Shown: piece after piece, positions 33,200-49,370 of the stretch
Layout of the letters: each line of letters starts with the position of its first letter
Numbering within the stretch: the first letter of the stretch is position 1
NCBI RefSeq assembly: GCF_009914755.1
Contig: NC_060944.1
DNA: 64,000 bases
Origin: the human T2T-CHM13v2.0 reference genome, Homo sapiens
Reading direction: 5' to 3' (one strand)
Notes under the pieces: model-generated
Seen by the model: the letters and a program-made list of their open reading frames with translations, nothing else
What the model was told of the DNA's origin: nothing
Database searches by the model: none
Translations under genes and position numbers: made by a program

Positions 33200-35530
33200 C
33201 ATTTGCAGCTGCAACAGACAATAAACACAGCCTAACTTCTAACCAGATGAACATAAAACCTCAGCTTGAAGGCCTGTGTACCTGTTCACCCTAAAGGACT
33301 ATTTACCTAGTACATCATGCCTGGCTTTCAACAAAAAACATTACAAGGCACAAAAAAGGCAAAAAAAAAAAAAAATACAGTTTGAATAGACAGAGCAAGC
33401 ATCAGAGCCAGACTCAGATATGGCAGATGTTGGATTTTTCAGACTAGGAATTTAAAATAACTGATTAATATGCTAGGGCTCTAGGGCTCTAGAGCTCTAA
33501 AGGAAAAAGAGGACAACGTGCAAGAAAGGATAGGTAATGTAAACAGAAAGATGGAAATTATAATAAAGAATAAAAAAGTAATGCTAGAATTAAACTCTGT
33601 AACAGAAATAAAGAATGCCTTTGGTGGGCTTATCAGTAGATTGGACTTGGTAGAGAAATGATGTCTAGCTTATTTCACTTAGCATGTTGTCTTCAGAATT
33701 CATCCATGTCAAGACGTGTGTCAAAATTTCCTTCCTTTTTAAGGCAGAATAATATTTCATTGTACGTGTATTTTCTTTGTCCATTCATCCATTGATGAAC
33801 ATTTTGGTGGTTTCTAGATCTTCGCTATTGCGAATAGTGCTGTGATGTGACTTTACATGTCATCTGCAACAGGGACAATTTTACTTGGATTTGAATAGCT
33901 TTTATTTCTTTTCCTTGCCTAATTATTCTGGCTAGGGCTTTCAGTACTGTATTAAACAGAAGTGGCAAGAGTGGGCATCCTTGTCTTGTTCGTGATCTCA
34001 AAGGAAAAGCTTTCAGCTTTCACCATTGAGTATGATATTAGCTGTGAACTTTATATATGTGACCTTTATTAAGCTGAGGTAATTTCATCCTATGTCTAGT
34101 TTATTGAGAGGTTTTTATTGGGAAGGGGTGTTGAATTTTGTCAAACAGTTATTCTGTGTCTATTAAGATGGTCATGTGATTTTTATCTTTCATTCTGTTA
34201 CTGTGGTGTATCACATTGATTTTTATATGTTGATTCATTCTTGCATCCCAGGGATAAACATCTCACTTAGTTATGATTTATGATTCTTTTAATGTACTGC
34301 TGAATTTGGTTTGTTAGTATTTTGTTGACAATATTTGTGTCTATATTCATTAGGCATATTGGTCTGTAGTTTTCTTTTTTGTGGTATCTTTGCCTGGGTT
34401 TGGCATCAGGGTAATGCGGGCCTAATAAAATAAGTTTGGAAGTATTCCCTTTTTTTCAGTTTTTTTGGAAGAGTTTGAGAAGTATTGGCATTAATTCTTT
34501 AAATGTCTGGTAGAATTCACCAGTGAAGCTATCTGGTCCTGGGGTTTTTTTGTTTTTTTTTTTTTTTGATGGGAGGTTTTTGATTACTGATTCAGTCTCC
34601 TTACTAGTTTTAGGTCTGTTCAGACTATTTCTTTATTAATTAGTCTTGGTATGTGTATGTTTTTAGGAATTTATTTATTTCTTCCAGGTTATCCAGTTTG
34701 TTGGTTTGTAATAGTTTATATAGTTTCTTGTGATCTTTTTTAATCTCTGTGATATCAATTGCAGTGTTTCCTCTTTCATTTCTGATTTTATGTATTTGGG
34801 TTTTCTCTCTTTTTTCTTAAGTAGTCTAGCTAACGGTTTGTCAATTTTGTTTATTTTTTCAAAAACGTCTTAGTTTTATTGATTTTTTTTCCTATTTTTT
34901 GTATTCTCTTTTTCATTTATCTCTGATCATTATTATTTCCTTCTATCTACTAACTTTGTGCTTGGTTTGTTCTGTTTTTCTACTTAAGGTGTGAAGTTAG
35001 GTTGTTGATTTAAGCTTTTCTTCTTTTTAAATGTAAGTTTTTACTGCTATAAACTTCTCTCTTATACTGGTCTTGCTGCATCTTCTAAGTTTCGGTATGT
35101 TGTATTTTTGTTTTCATTTGTCTCAGATGTTTTCTAATGTCCCTGTTGATTTATTTTGTGATCCATTAGTTGTTAGTGTGTTGTTTAATTTCCACATGTT
35201 TGTGAATTTTACAATTTTGCTTCTGCTATTGATTTCTGATTTCATTCCATTTCATCAGAGAAAATACTTGGTATGATTCAGTCTTTTTAAATTTGTAAGA
35301 CTTGTTTTGTAAGCTAACACGTGATCTGTTCTAGAGAATGTTTTGCCAGCACTTGAGAAGAATGCTATTGCGTTTGGGTGGAGTGTTCTGTATATGTTTG
35401 TTAGGTCCATTTGACCAGTACTGTTATTCAAGTTTGTTGTTTCTTTGTTGATTTTGTCTGGTTGTTCTATTTATTATTGAAAATAGAATACTGAAGTCTC
35501 CCACCAGTATTATATTGCTATGTATTTCTC
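33200..35530. mobile_element. Composite old L1M: + strand ORF1-region fragment (~33200-33660) abutting - strand 3' and ORF2 fragments (~33662-35530)
   Basis: aacagaaataaagaatgcctttggtgggcttatcagtaga on +. agtggcaagagtgggcatccttgtcttg and ggtagaattcaccagtgaag on -. Confidence 0.8.
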
Positions 35531-36149
35531 CTCATTTTCAAACTCAAAAATCTGTGAGTTTTTGGTTTGCTCTTTGCTCCTTTTTTTTTTTTTTTAATAA
35601 GGAAATTCAGGCAGTTTTTTAAAAAGATGATGACGATGACAACTCTTTTCCTAGAATTTTTTTCACCATTTTATATTTAAGTAAATTATGACATTTTGGG
35701 GCAGTCTCCCAAGTAAGTGTTAAGGTGCCCTACCCCCACTCTCTTGGAGCCAAATAAGTGGTAGGGGGTGGGGCGAGGGACGGGTGCAAGGGGAGGAAAA
35801 GTCAGGAAGGCTACTGAGAGCATAGAGCCGACTTCAGCCTCTGTTGGGAAGGGAACCAGCAGTCAAGCCAAATCCTACTACGGGTGTAGCAAAACTCAAC
35901 TTCTTTCAATACGAATTTGAGATCTAAGAGTAGTTTATTCTGGTGGAGCAGGCTTACCCATGGTTTCAGAAGTTAGAGAGGAGACTCTGAGAGTCAAGCC
36001 CTGGTTGTTCAAGACCCAAATAAGGCAGGAGAAAGCAGGACATAGGCAGGTTTCCAAGAAAATGAGCCCAATAGCATTCAAGCCTCAGTGACAGGCCAGG
36101 TATAGGTACTCCAGTCAGTAGTCCCAGCTGAGCCCAGTAGTTCTAGCCC

Positions 36150-36382
36150 AAGCTCCAGATGTGAGTTTAGGAATCACCAAATAATTCCAGTCCCTTTATT
36201 CCAAGTCACCCTCAGATGTTCAAGCTGAGGCCCCAGACATCATGGAGCACAGACAAGCCCTACCCATGTCCAGATTACTGAACCACAGAAGCCATGAGGA
36301 TTATAAAAAGTTGTTGGTTGTTGTTTTATACCACTAAATTTGGGTAGTATTTTATTATACAGCAGTAGGTAACCGGAATAAC
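36150..36382 (+). mobile_element. MLT1-family LTR 3' part
   Basis: ttgttgttttataccactaaatttggg...tatacagcagtaggtaaccggaata. Confidence 0.7.
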
Positions 36383-36803
36383 CATGATGACTGGTTTGGC
36401 TAGTTGAAGGAGATTCATCATTCCAGATTTTGAGGGCTGCAGTATGAACAGAGGCCTGGAGATAAGCAAGCATGGCCCGTATCTGGGAACTATTGTTTCT
36501 CCAACTGAAGGAGTGGCTCACATGCCAGCAAACAGCACCACTGTAGGCCCAGGGGATGCAGTCAGGGTCTGCAAAGTGTCTTTTCCTCACCTCTCCAGTC
36601 CGCACACAAGAGCAGCCACCTGGTCTTGCCTCATGCTGGCCCAGCCACACCAATGGCAAGGGTTCTATTGTTAACTCAGATTTTTTAAAAGGACAAAGAG
36701 GAGACATGTTAGGGGCAGGATGCACATTTGTCATTTTAAAATATCTCCTTAAATTCTTTTCAATGAAACACAAATTTGAATTACTGAAAAGCCATCTATC
36801 CAA

Positions 36804-37099
36804 GTTTTTTTTTTTTTTTAGACAGGGTCTCACTCTGTCACCCATACCAGAGTGCAGTGGCGTGATCTTGGCTCACTGCAACCTCCACCTCCCAGGTTCA
36901 AGCGTTTCTCATGCCTCAGCTTCCCTTGTAGCTGGGATCACAGGCATGCGCCACCATGCCTGGCTAATTTTTGTATTTTTAGTAGGGATGTGGTTTTACC
37001 ATGTTGCCCAGGCTGGTCTTGAACTTCTGACCTCAAGTGAGCCACCCTCCTCGGCCTCCCAAAGTGCTGGGATTACAGATGTGAGCCACTGCACCTGGC
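36804..37099 (-). mobile_element. AluS
   Basis: Alu consensus. Confidence 0.92.
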
Positions 37100-37164
37100 T
37101 TCTGAGTTCTTTTTTAAAACTTAGTTTTCTGGCATTGTTGAACATTCAGCTATTATCTTGATAT

Positions 37165-37810
37165 ATCAGGATGCTGTTGGTTGCCAATAACAGGAACACT
37201 GTCTGAAACACAGATGCTTAAACAAGAAGTGCATTTGTTCTGTCTCATTTCTGGAAGTCCAGAGGTAGAGCAGGCCATGGAGTTGGTTGGTACTGCCCAT
37301 CACTTTTGTTGTCAAAGACCCAGATCCTTTCCATTTCCCTGCTCTGACATCCTCAGTGTTGACCTCTTCCTACAGCCAGGAGCAAAGTGGCAGCAGCAGT
37401 GCTATTATGGACTAAATGTTTGTGTCCCTCTAAAATTCATATGTTAAAGCTGTAACCCTCAGTGTGATATTTGGAGAAGGGACCTTTGGGAGGTACTTTG
37501 GGTTAGATGAGGTCAGGAAGGTAGGGCTGTCATGATAGAATTAAATGCACTTATAAGAAGAGACACAAGAGAGCTCTGTCTCGCCCCCACCGTCTGAGGA
37601 CACAGTGAGGAGTCAGAAGGTGGATAAATACCAAGGACCCCATCTAGACACCACAGCCTTATATAGCTTCCAAAGACAGAAAGAGACTCTCTTCTTGAGT
37701 CTCTGTTAGAAGCAAGGAAAGTATTCAATAGACTTCCCCTTGCATCTTGTTGACTAAAATTTGTTCACAGACCCATTCCTAAGCTAATTACTGGCAAGGG
37801 TTATTATAAT
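37165..37810. mobile_element. Old MLT1 LTR with a younger MLT1A/MST-like LTR fragment inside (~37400-37650)
   Basis: tgctattatggactaaatgtttgtgtccctctaaaattcatatgtt start motif within MLT1J/K-like text. Confidence 0.6.
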
Positions 37811-37855
37811 TGTTCTAGACTAAGGAAGCCTTTTCTATGGAAGACCAAATAGTAA

Positions 37856-38277
<422 letters not shown>

Positions 38278-39488
38278 TCACTCCTGGCTTAGATTAATCA
38301 CAGTCTACTCTGGAATGAGGCAAGGGGTTATTGCCCCATGAGTTATACAAGGGAGAGGTTGATTACTAAACAAAATTGGGGTCCCATGAAAAGGAAGAAG
38401 GGAGATGGACACTGAGTAGGCAACTGCACGATTGCTAAATTTGGTCCAAAGAAAGGTTAGTAGATGCAGAGAACAGCCAAAGGGACTGAATCTGGAGACA
38501 GCTCTACCCCAGCAAGGTGTTTGTCCTGTGACTGGTGGGTTAAAATGGGAATGCAACAGGCAAGTTGTTTGTGATGAATAGGTATTGCTTTCATAATCAG
38601 AAAAAAAATTAAGACCATCTTTCAGAAATGTTCTAAAATTCGATTGTGTGATGGTTGCACAACTCTGAGTATACTAATAAAAACCATTGACGTGTACATT
38701 TTAAGTTAGTGAATTTTATGACATGTGAGTCATATCTCAGTAGAGCAGTTAAAAAAAGAATCTCTTGAATTCCAAAGCTTAAAAACCATGGACCGCAGCT
38801 CTGTGGTGCTTGCTGTTTAGAGGCAAGGGCGCCTTTGGCTGTGTGGCTAGCTTCACGGCTTTCACGGATGGCCTTGGAAATCTTCCCATAATGGGAATGC
38901 TTTTAATGACCATTTCTTTTTACATATGTGCTAAATATTTTTCAGGCCATGCAAAATATTTTACATTTTATAATCAAAGAATTAGCATGCTTACAATAAA
39001 AATAAAACTGATACAGAAACAGTAAATTACAGGATTTTTTTTTGTCCCTTTTAACCCTTTTTAAAGTGTATTTTCTCTTTTTATGCAGTAGGACTCATTC
39101 ACTGCATATGTCAATGCAGCCCAGTGGTAGACAGTCTTCAGGCTGGCTTTGCCCAAGCCTCAGATGGTACCAGTGGGCTCTGACTTCTCTGTTTCCCTCT
39201 GATCTACTCCGTCTGGATCAACTCAGTTCTTAGGCCCTGCAGCTGGAGAATTTTTCCCTGGCATGCTGAATCAGAGGCTGTCATTGGCTCTGACCACATC
39301 ATATGCCCATCCCCTACACAATCACTGAAGCAAGGGCAGAGTCCATTGGCTTTTACCTGGATCTCATGCTTCACTCAAGCTGTATGGGTTAGGATAGGGG
39401 AGTAGTGGTTCGTCAGAATAAAACTGGGTTCTGTTAATGGTTGCCAGGTGGCAGACCCAACACTTTCCTTCTCTGCATCCCTGACATC

Positions 39489-39792
<304 letters not shown>

Positions 39793-40102
39793 CCTGACTT
39801 CATTACTGCCTGTTGTTGCCCATTTCATTCTTCCTTCTTTAGTTCTATGTGGCATACTTTCCCTTTAATTATCTTTAACTTATAGTTCTCACCTTTGAAG
39901 AATAGCAGTTGAGCTTCTAGTGACAGACTTTTGGAAAAACCAAGTTTGTTTTAAGGTGGGATTTGACAAAGAACCTTCAAGCTTGATAACTGAGTGGGAA
40001 AGCTTCCCTTCAGTGAGGGAAAAGTGTCTGCAGGTAGGCCAGGTGAATGAGACACCCTAAAACTTGAAAGTTAAGCAGGAAATAAGACTTTAATGTTTCC
40101 TG

Positions 40103-40400
40103 GGGCCTCGTGTCGTGGCATGCCTTTTATCCCAGCACTTTGGGAGGCCGAGGTGGGAGGATTACTTGAGGCCAGGAGATTGAGACCAGCCTGAGCAACA
40201 TAGCAAGACCTTGGCTCTATAAAAATAAAAATAAGTTAGTCAGGCATGATGGTACACACCTGTAATCCTAGCTACTCAGGAAACTGAGGTGGGAGGCTTG
40301 CTTGAGCCCAGGAGTTGGGAAATACAGTGAGCTATGATTGCATCACTGCATTCCAGCCCAGGCAACAGAGCAAGACCCTGTCTCAAGGAAAGGAAAAAAA
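40103..40400 (+). mobile_element. AluJ
   Basis: J diagnostics gcaacatagcaagacc, tgagctatgattgca. Confidence 0.9.
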
Positions 40401-40694
40401 TAATTGTGTGTGTGTGTGTCTGTGTGTACGTGTGTGTATGCACGTGCACGTGCTTTCTGTACTTTTATACTGAATCTATTTTGAATTTGGGTTGGAAGCT
40501 TTAGAATATTACCTTAACCTACAAGAGAGATGTGAGGAATAGTTCTGAGTCCCCTATCTTTTATGGCTTTCAACTATTTTTCTCACTTTTTTTCTGACGG
40601 TTTTCCTTTGTCAGTGTAAATTCATTTTGATTTGCTTGTTATTTTGATGGACTGGAAATGTGTTTTTAAATCTGAAAACAGTACTAGTTTCAAA

Positions 40695-42082
<1,388 letters not shown>

Positions 42083-42315
42083 CTCAAATCTAACAGGCTG
42101 TCCTAGGAGAGCCAGTTAGCTTTTGTTGTTTTCTTGCTTACATCCCGCCTTCCCTTCTTCCACACTTAATCCATTTATCCATTCATAATACTTGTTCTTG
42201 TCCACTTTCATTTTTCTTATTTCTTCTTTTTGTCTTTGGCTTCCTCTTAGCAGCTTCTTAGACAAACAAGCACTTGAATAATAAATTGATTCAGCATCTT
42301 CAGTTTAATACAGGG

Positions 42316-42535
42316 CAGGTTGAGCATCCCAAATCCCCAAATCCAAAGTCCGAAATGCTCCAAAATCTGAAACTTTTTGAGTGCCAACATGATGAATGTT
42401 TATTGGAGCATTTCAGATTTGGGATACTTATATTCCAAAATCAAAAAATAAAAATTAAAAAAAAACACAATTCAAAATCTGAAAAAATTCAAAATCCAAA
42501 TTCCCAACCATTTCAGATAAAGGATACTCAACCTA
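42316..42535. mobile_element. Tigger4a-like MITE
   Basis: TIRs caggttgagcatccc ... ggatactcaacct; internal tccgaaatgctccaaaatctgaaactttttgagtgcc. Confidence 0.85.
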
Positions 42536-43278
42536 TATTGATCCTCTAAGGGTTCAACAGCAAACCAGCCCAATCCTTTCAGCCATCCTATATTTGGTGT
42601 CTACCATGCTCAGGGAGCAGGAGGCATGATATTCATAAGCCAGGCATTTCACTGTTATCATGGAAGTAGACCCCGAGCAAAGTCAGAACCCAGGATGGGA
42701 CCTGCCCTACTCATCTGAGTGCCCCCTCAGTGGAGGATAACTCTGTACTAGACCCATTCCCATTCATCAGACTAAATTGGCCTCTGTGGAGACTCACTTA
42801 TCCTAGAGAAGTGACATGGCAGCTTATTTCAGGGTCTCAGCATTGCCTGAGCCGAAATTCAGTAAGCCTATCCACCGTGCCATCATGCCTTCTTGTTTCC
42901 CTTCTCCCTGAATCCGCTCACCTAGTGTAACCCTCACCAGCCCAGTCTGAGCCTCCTCGTCTCCTCTCTTAAACACACGTGTATATATGGATAGAAACAG
43001 ACAGACAGACATGGAACAACACAGCAGAGTCTGATGTTTTGTTTTATGGTCCTGCGTCAGCCGTTAATCCTCACAAAGATAATTCTACCTTGACAACACC
43101 AGATACCTTTTCATCATCATCATTTAACCTCTAGAGTTTAATGATAGAACTGATTATAATGTCTAGTAAATTCTTTATGATATGTTTGTAGTATTTTAAA
43201 ACTTTTTGAAAATACAGAGCCTAATTGTATTAAATTTGGGGAAGGCATAAAGTTGTATGATAATAAGACATTTACCCT

Positions 43279-43924
43279 CGTTGGGCCTCAGAAAATGACA
43301 CCCCAAAGGGAAGGCCCCAGAAGTAAGTTTCTCTCTGATCTTCTCCCACTCTCCTGTACCTCAGCCTCATTTTCTCAGAGGTAAGCTTTAGAAACTAGAA
43401 TTCCTTTTCCTCAAAGTGAATCATAAAAACCTGAACCCATTTTCCCCAAAGCCAGCCATAAAACCTAAAAATATTACTCGAATTTCCCTCCTGTATTTCT
43501 GTGGCAGAGTTGGCCGTAAAGAAATTCTCTAACCTACCCTGTTTGATTGTGAGTCGTAAGACTCCCCATTTCAGAAAGGGTCCTGCCCCATACCAGGGAG
43601 GAAGGAACACTGCACAGAGACGCCAAGAAGAATGAACAGACAGGCCTGGCAGAGTTTCCCCACTCAGTCTGTTAGCATTCAATCATACTTACCTTCTTGG
43701 CCAAGCACAGTTCTACATGGTTGTCTGTTCTTCACTGAACTTCAGCATAAAAATGGAAAGTTTTCCCAATATCCTTAGGTCTTCAATCTGAAGGCTGCCA
43801 TGTCACAGAAAACAATGATCAAATAAAATTTGTTTTGTTTTCTTCTGTTAACCTGTTTGTTATAAGGGTGTTGACTGTGACCCTTATGATGAGGAGGAAA
43901 GGGATCACCCCTTCTGACCCTACA
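43279..43924 (+). mobile_element. ERV1 MER4-group solo LTR (MER39-like)
   Basis: gttgggcctcagaaaatgacaccccaaa...ccctaca. 4-bp TSD ccct at 43275-43278 and 43925-43928. Confidence 0.8.
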
Positions 43925-43991
43925 CCCTCCACATTTTTTTTTTTTAGTAGATATTTAAAGCGGTCACTTTAGGTAGCTGGCTCCATAATAA

Positions 43992-44654
<663 letters not shown>

Positions 44655-47621
44655 TAAAGGGGTTAAGTTTGGGATCCATAGAATTACCAAAGAGAGAATG
44701 CTATTCATTTCATAAAGGATGTCTGCCACCATTACAAATGATCCTTGGCTATTAAAAATGGGTGATTGGTTCAGGCGGTTTAAGGGTGGAGGAACAAATG
44801 CGTGATGGGTTCTCTCTTTAAGGGTGGATGGAAATACCTATTAAAAATTCTCCCAAGCCTTCCAGCTCTTCATTAAGAAACTTTTTTAAAAAGTCATATG
44901 GGAGAGGGTTCGTTCTGAAAATTAAAATGGAACAGAATGATGAGGTCTATTCAGAGGCCAAAGTGGGGAAAAGGCAAGGGTTTTGCTTGTGCAGCCTGTG
45001 CTACAATGAAGAGGACCTTAGTACAGACGGATGGTGCCCTACCAAATGTAGCCCATAATTCAAGCTGTCAGCTTCATCACACTGTTTCCAGGTAAAGAGA
45101 AGGAGCCCTTGTTTCCTGGGTAAAGAGAAGGAGCGTTGTTTGCTGACCCCTGGTCCACAGCCTGCCGTGGTCGCCTCGCTGTGCTGGCCTTTGTGTTGCT
45201 GTCCCCTCCTTCCCTCCTTTTTGGCATTGTGCTCCCTTCAAGTGGCCCCCTGGAAGGGACCACCCAGGGGGCTGCACAATGGAGATTGAGGTAGCCACAA
45301 AAACACAGGTTTTGTAAGACAGCCCTTTAAAAGAAAAATACTGTTTAACTATGTATGTGTTTGTCCTTTCTACAACTGTTTTGTGTGGCAAAGAAAACCC
45401 TGTATACAAACTTCACTGTGGCCTCACATACAGCTGTTCCAGCCATCGGGTGTCAGGCTTGAGATAGTCGCTTCCAGTTTATTTTCCCAGGACACTAATT
45501 CTTGATGTAGTTTCTAGTTACATGCTTAGATTTATGGCCAAGAAATGTGATATCAAAACAAGCAAATTGCGCTGGCTTTATTAAACTATTTTATCAGTAG
45601 TCCTCACAGTTGACGGCTGGGCATTGCTCCTGGGTGAAATTTGCCTGTAATGCTGCTTAACAAAAGCTAGCAGCCCGGAATTCAGTTCTCAATAGCCATT
45701 TACACCTCTGTAAAAGGATTAGCGCTAGCCAATTGTTACACTGTTTAAATCTTAATTTGCATCACTATGGGGGTAGAGCTTCTACAGACCTCTCTGGTTC
45801 CCAGTTGAATTTGTGTACCTGTGGATGGGAGAGTCACTAGAGATTTCTCTTATTGATGAAGGTGCTAAATTGCCTCGGGATAACCGGTATGCCACAAATA
45901 TTGAATTAGCCTCTCAGGTTCCAACTGACAGACAATAGTCTGCTTTGGTTCATTAGTTATATTTTATAGCAGTTGTGGTCCTTGAGTATTTGGTACTTGG
46001 ATGCATTCTTCTACATCTGTTTCAAGTAAAAATTTTCATGGGTCTTAGGAGGATTTTAAATGTTGTTATTTGTAAGTAGCAAATTTCCTTGGGAATTATA
46101 TGCAAAACAAAAAACAGAACGTGATAGTTTTAAAAGTAATCTTTTTCTATCCAGACCATATGTTTTTAAAGATCAAAGCCTTTTTATGTTTAGAATTGCC
46201 CTGTCAATAGACAATAGATGAAATTGTCTTTTCATAATGTAAAGCTGGAACTACACATCAGTTTCAGATGCTCAGCCTAGGCCTGAGTGAATTCTAATTG
46301 TAAGATGGAGGAGGAGGGAGGTGGACAGGGAGGGAAACTAGCAGGTCAGGAGCATGGCAGGAAGAGAGGGTATTAAACTACATTAAATGGATGAAAATTG
46401 AGGGAGTTTGGAATGCTTGGTTGGAATGAAAACAAAGCTTGGGACATTTTAATGACCACCTTATCACCACTTCCACCATTTTTCCCTCATAAAGCATTTG
46501 TTCATTTATTCAACAAATAGTTACTAGGTATCCATCTCATGCATAGTGTTAGCCACTGAATTTAGTGATTATTGCACGTGGAGTAAAAAGAATTGTCTTG
46601 GTTGCTGAGAGTAGTCAGGATGGTAAATATAATTTAAACAGACTTTGCAGCCTGCAAGTTTTCCATGTAATAGACATGCCAGGCAGAAGGAAAGCAGACA
46701 CAACTGCTTATAAATAAATATTGCCCTTTTAAGAAACATTAAAGAAATTGAATGCACTGGGTGGAAGGGCTTTTGGGGAACTCCCCAGGAAAGGTTGTTT
46801 TGAGTCTATGGCGAAAGCCAGGCCAGCCATTCCTGGGGAGGTGAGCCACAGCAAAGGCTTTGGTATTCCAAGAAAGCAACCACAACTAAATTATTTTTTG
46901 TTTTTTAACTTTGGAAAATTTTGAGGCAGTGACTGGATGCTCATTGATCCTCACAGAGGCTAAAGAAATCGTCATGGTTTAAAAATTAAAATAACTGAAA
47001 TAAGGAAGCCTGTTCATTTTGCTTTAATGTATCTTTGTACACATGCTAAAAGAGAACAGGGGGGGAAGCATCCAGAAAGGAACTTACACCTTAGTTGATT
47101 TGTACCTGAGAAGAATTTTTAGTATATGAGGTTAACCAACAAGTTTGTTTTGTTTTTTGGAGAGGAGGTAGGGCTTGTTTAAAAGAAAGAAAAAAAAAAA
47201 AAGCAGCCCCAAACTCTACCAGTGTAACAGTAAAAGGAGTTTAGTGAGAGAAGGCAGTAAAGCAGCCCGGAGCTCCCTTATCGAGAATGTTTTAGTTTCT
47301 TCTACTCACAAACCCTCTTTGTTGGGAACTGTCCAACCCCAGCTTCTGCCGGCGGGGAGGGGTACACTGGGATTGGAAGAAGGGAAACCAGGGCTCCAAG
47401 GAGCAGGATCAGGACGGAAGGTAGGGCCAACCCCATGAAAAGACAGAAGTTGAGTTTCCTAGCCAGTTTTTCTGTGTCACTGGAAAACAATTGGAATTTG
47501 AAACAAAGGTTGGCTGCCTTGCCTCTTCCCACCTTTCTGAATACAAGGTATTTCTGAATTACATGTTCATCACTTAGGGACCACCTCTCCAAATGATACC
47601 ATTTTGTTGTTCATTTCTGGA

Positions 47622-47790
47622 TTTTTTTTTTTTTTTTTTTTTTGCGGGGGAGGGTGTTATTTTGTTTGATTATTAGCGACTGGGTTATACTATGTTGCCC
47701 AGGCTAGACTCCAACTCCTGGGCTCTAGCGATCCTCCTGCCTCACCCTTCTGAGTAGCTGGGACTGCAGGCTGGAGCCACCGTGCCTGGC
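47622..47790 (-). mobile_element. Alu monomer (FLAM-like) with poly-T
   Basis: ctatgttgcccaggctagactccaactcctgggctc. Confidence 0.8.
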
Positions 47791-47930
47791 TTGCTTCTTT
47801 TGAAATACAATTTCCTTCCCTAAAATTTTATTCTGGATGTGATCAACTACAGTGCTCTGTGACCTTCAGTCTCACTAAAAATATAGTGACAACATTTTAT
47901 AAAACTTCTAAAAAGTAATATGTAAATTAT

Positions 47931-48502
47931 GTAAGTGTAAGTTTCCCTGAAAAATGAACTGACAAAAGGCAGATTAATAGGAGAAAAGACTTGCAAAATT
48001 TGTTTTGATATGCACAGCACAGGGAAATTGCAGAAGAATGATTATCCAGTAACCCATTGGGGTATGGATACTTTTTTACCCTTCTTCATAGGGGAGGGGA
48101 GATGGGGAAAGCTGGCAATTTGGGGCATAGTAAATGATTTTTAGGGGAAAATGAATGGACTTGAAGAACATACAGTGGCCTGGGACAAAGTCTGTGTGGC
48201 CTGCAGAGTAGACAGTGGTTTGTGAGGAAATCTGTCCAGATGTGTTGACAGCCTTAGTCCTTCTTTCTGCAGTGTAAGTTGAGTTAATAAAAATTCAGAG
48301 AAGGGACCATAGGTGATTGTTTTCTTCTTCCAGCAGGTCCAGACTTTAGGCAGATAAAGGAACTTCAGAGAACAATTGCATCCTGTGCTTTGAGAGACAG
48401 GAGGGAGGTGGGGGAGGGAAGGTCAGAGAGACCTTGCATCTCTGCTTCAGCCCAGCATTTCAAAATGCTGTATTTTGGGATATCAGCTTCTGAGCCCCAA
48501 TG
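47931..48502 (-). mobile_element. ERV1 MER4-group solo LTR
   Basis: Reverse complement begins ttggggctcagaagctgatatcccaaaa. Confidence 0.7.
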
Positions 48503-48798
48503 TTGGCAAATTTGTTACTATTTATGATCAGAGATCACACCATTTTGAGATTGCTATTCCTTGGAGAAAATAAAATCTGCAAATCAAGCCTATTGTGCCG
48601 CAACTGAAACACAAAAATTTAACTCACCAAAAAGATAACACTGGCAGGAATATGTAAAAGTTATCTGATAGGGTTAAGGAAAAGTTTATTTTCTGTAGCC
48701 CTCATACAGGGTCATTTTTGCCAAGAAGTAATTCTCAGTTTGCAATTCTGAGCCCAGCACTTTTTCTCTCTTACTCACTTTAAAAATCCCTGTACCTT

Positions 48799-49370
48799 GG
48801 GATCTAGATCTAGAAATACCATTTGACCCAGCCATCCCATTACTGGGTATATACCCAAAGGATTGTAAGTCATGCTGCTATAAAGACACATGGACACCTA
48901 TGTTTATAGCGGCACTATTCACAATAGCAAAGACTTAGAACCAACCTAAATGTCCAACAATGATAGACTGGATTATGAAAATGTGGCACATATACACCAT
49001 GGAATACTATGCAGACATAAAAAATGATGAGTTCATGTCCTTTGTAGGGACATGGATGAAACTGGAAACCATCATTCTCAGCAAACTATCGCAAGGACAA
49101 AAAACCAAACACCGCATGTTCTCACTCATAGGTGGGAATTGAACAATGAGAACACATGGACCCAGGAAGGGGAACATCACACACTGGGGACTGTTGTGGG
49201 GTGGGGGGAGGGGGGAGGGATAGCATTAGGAGATATACCTAATGCTAAATGACGAGTTAATGGGTGCAGCACACCAGCATGGCACGTGTACACATATGTA
49301 ACAAACCTGCACGTTGTGCACATGTACCCTAAAACTTAAAGTATAATAATAATAAAATTAGACAAACAAA
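48799..49370 (+). mobile_element. 5'-truncated L1PA (PA4/5-like) 3' end
   Basis: ORF2 C-terminus plus 3'UTR G-rich tract. 17-bp TSD aaaaatccctgtacctt at 48782-48798 and 49371-49387. Confidence 0.95.

Noticed and set aside
36240-37161. Two 201-aa ORFs
   Set aside because: They read through Alu and MLT1 sequence and give typical Alu-derived peptides.
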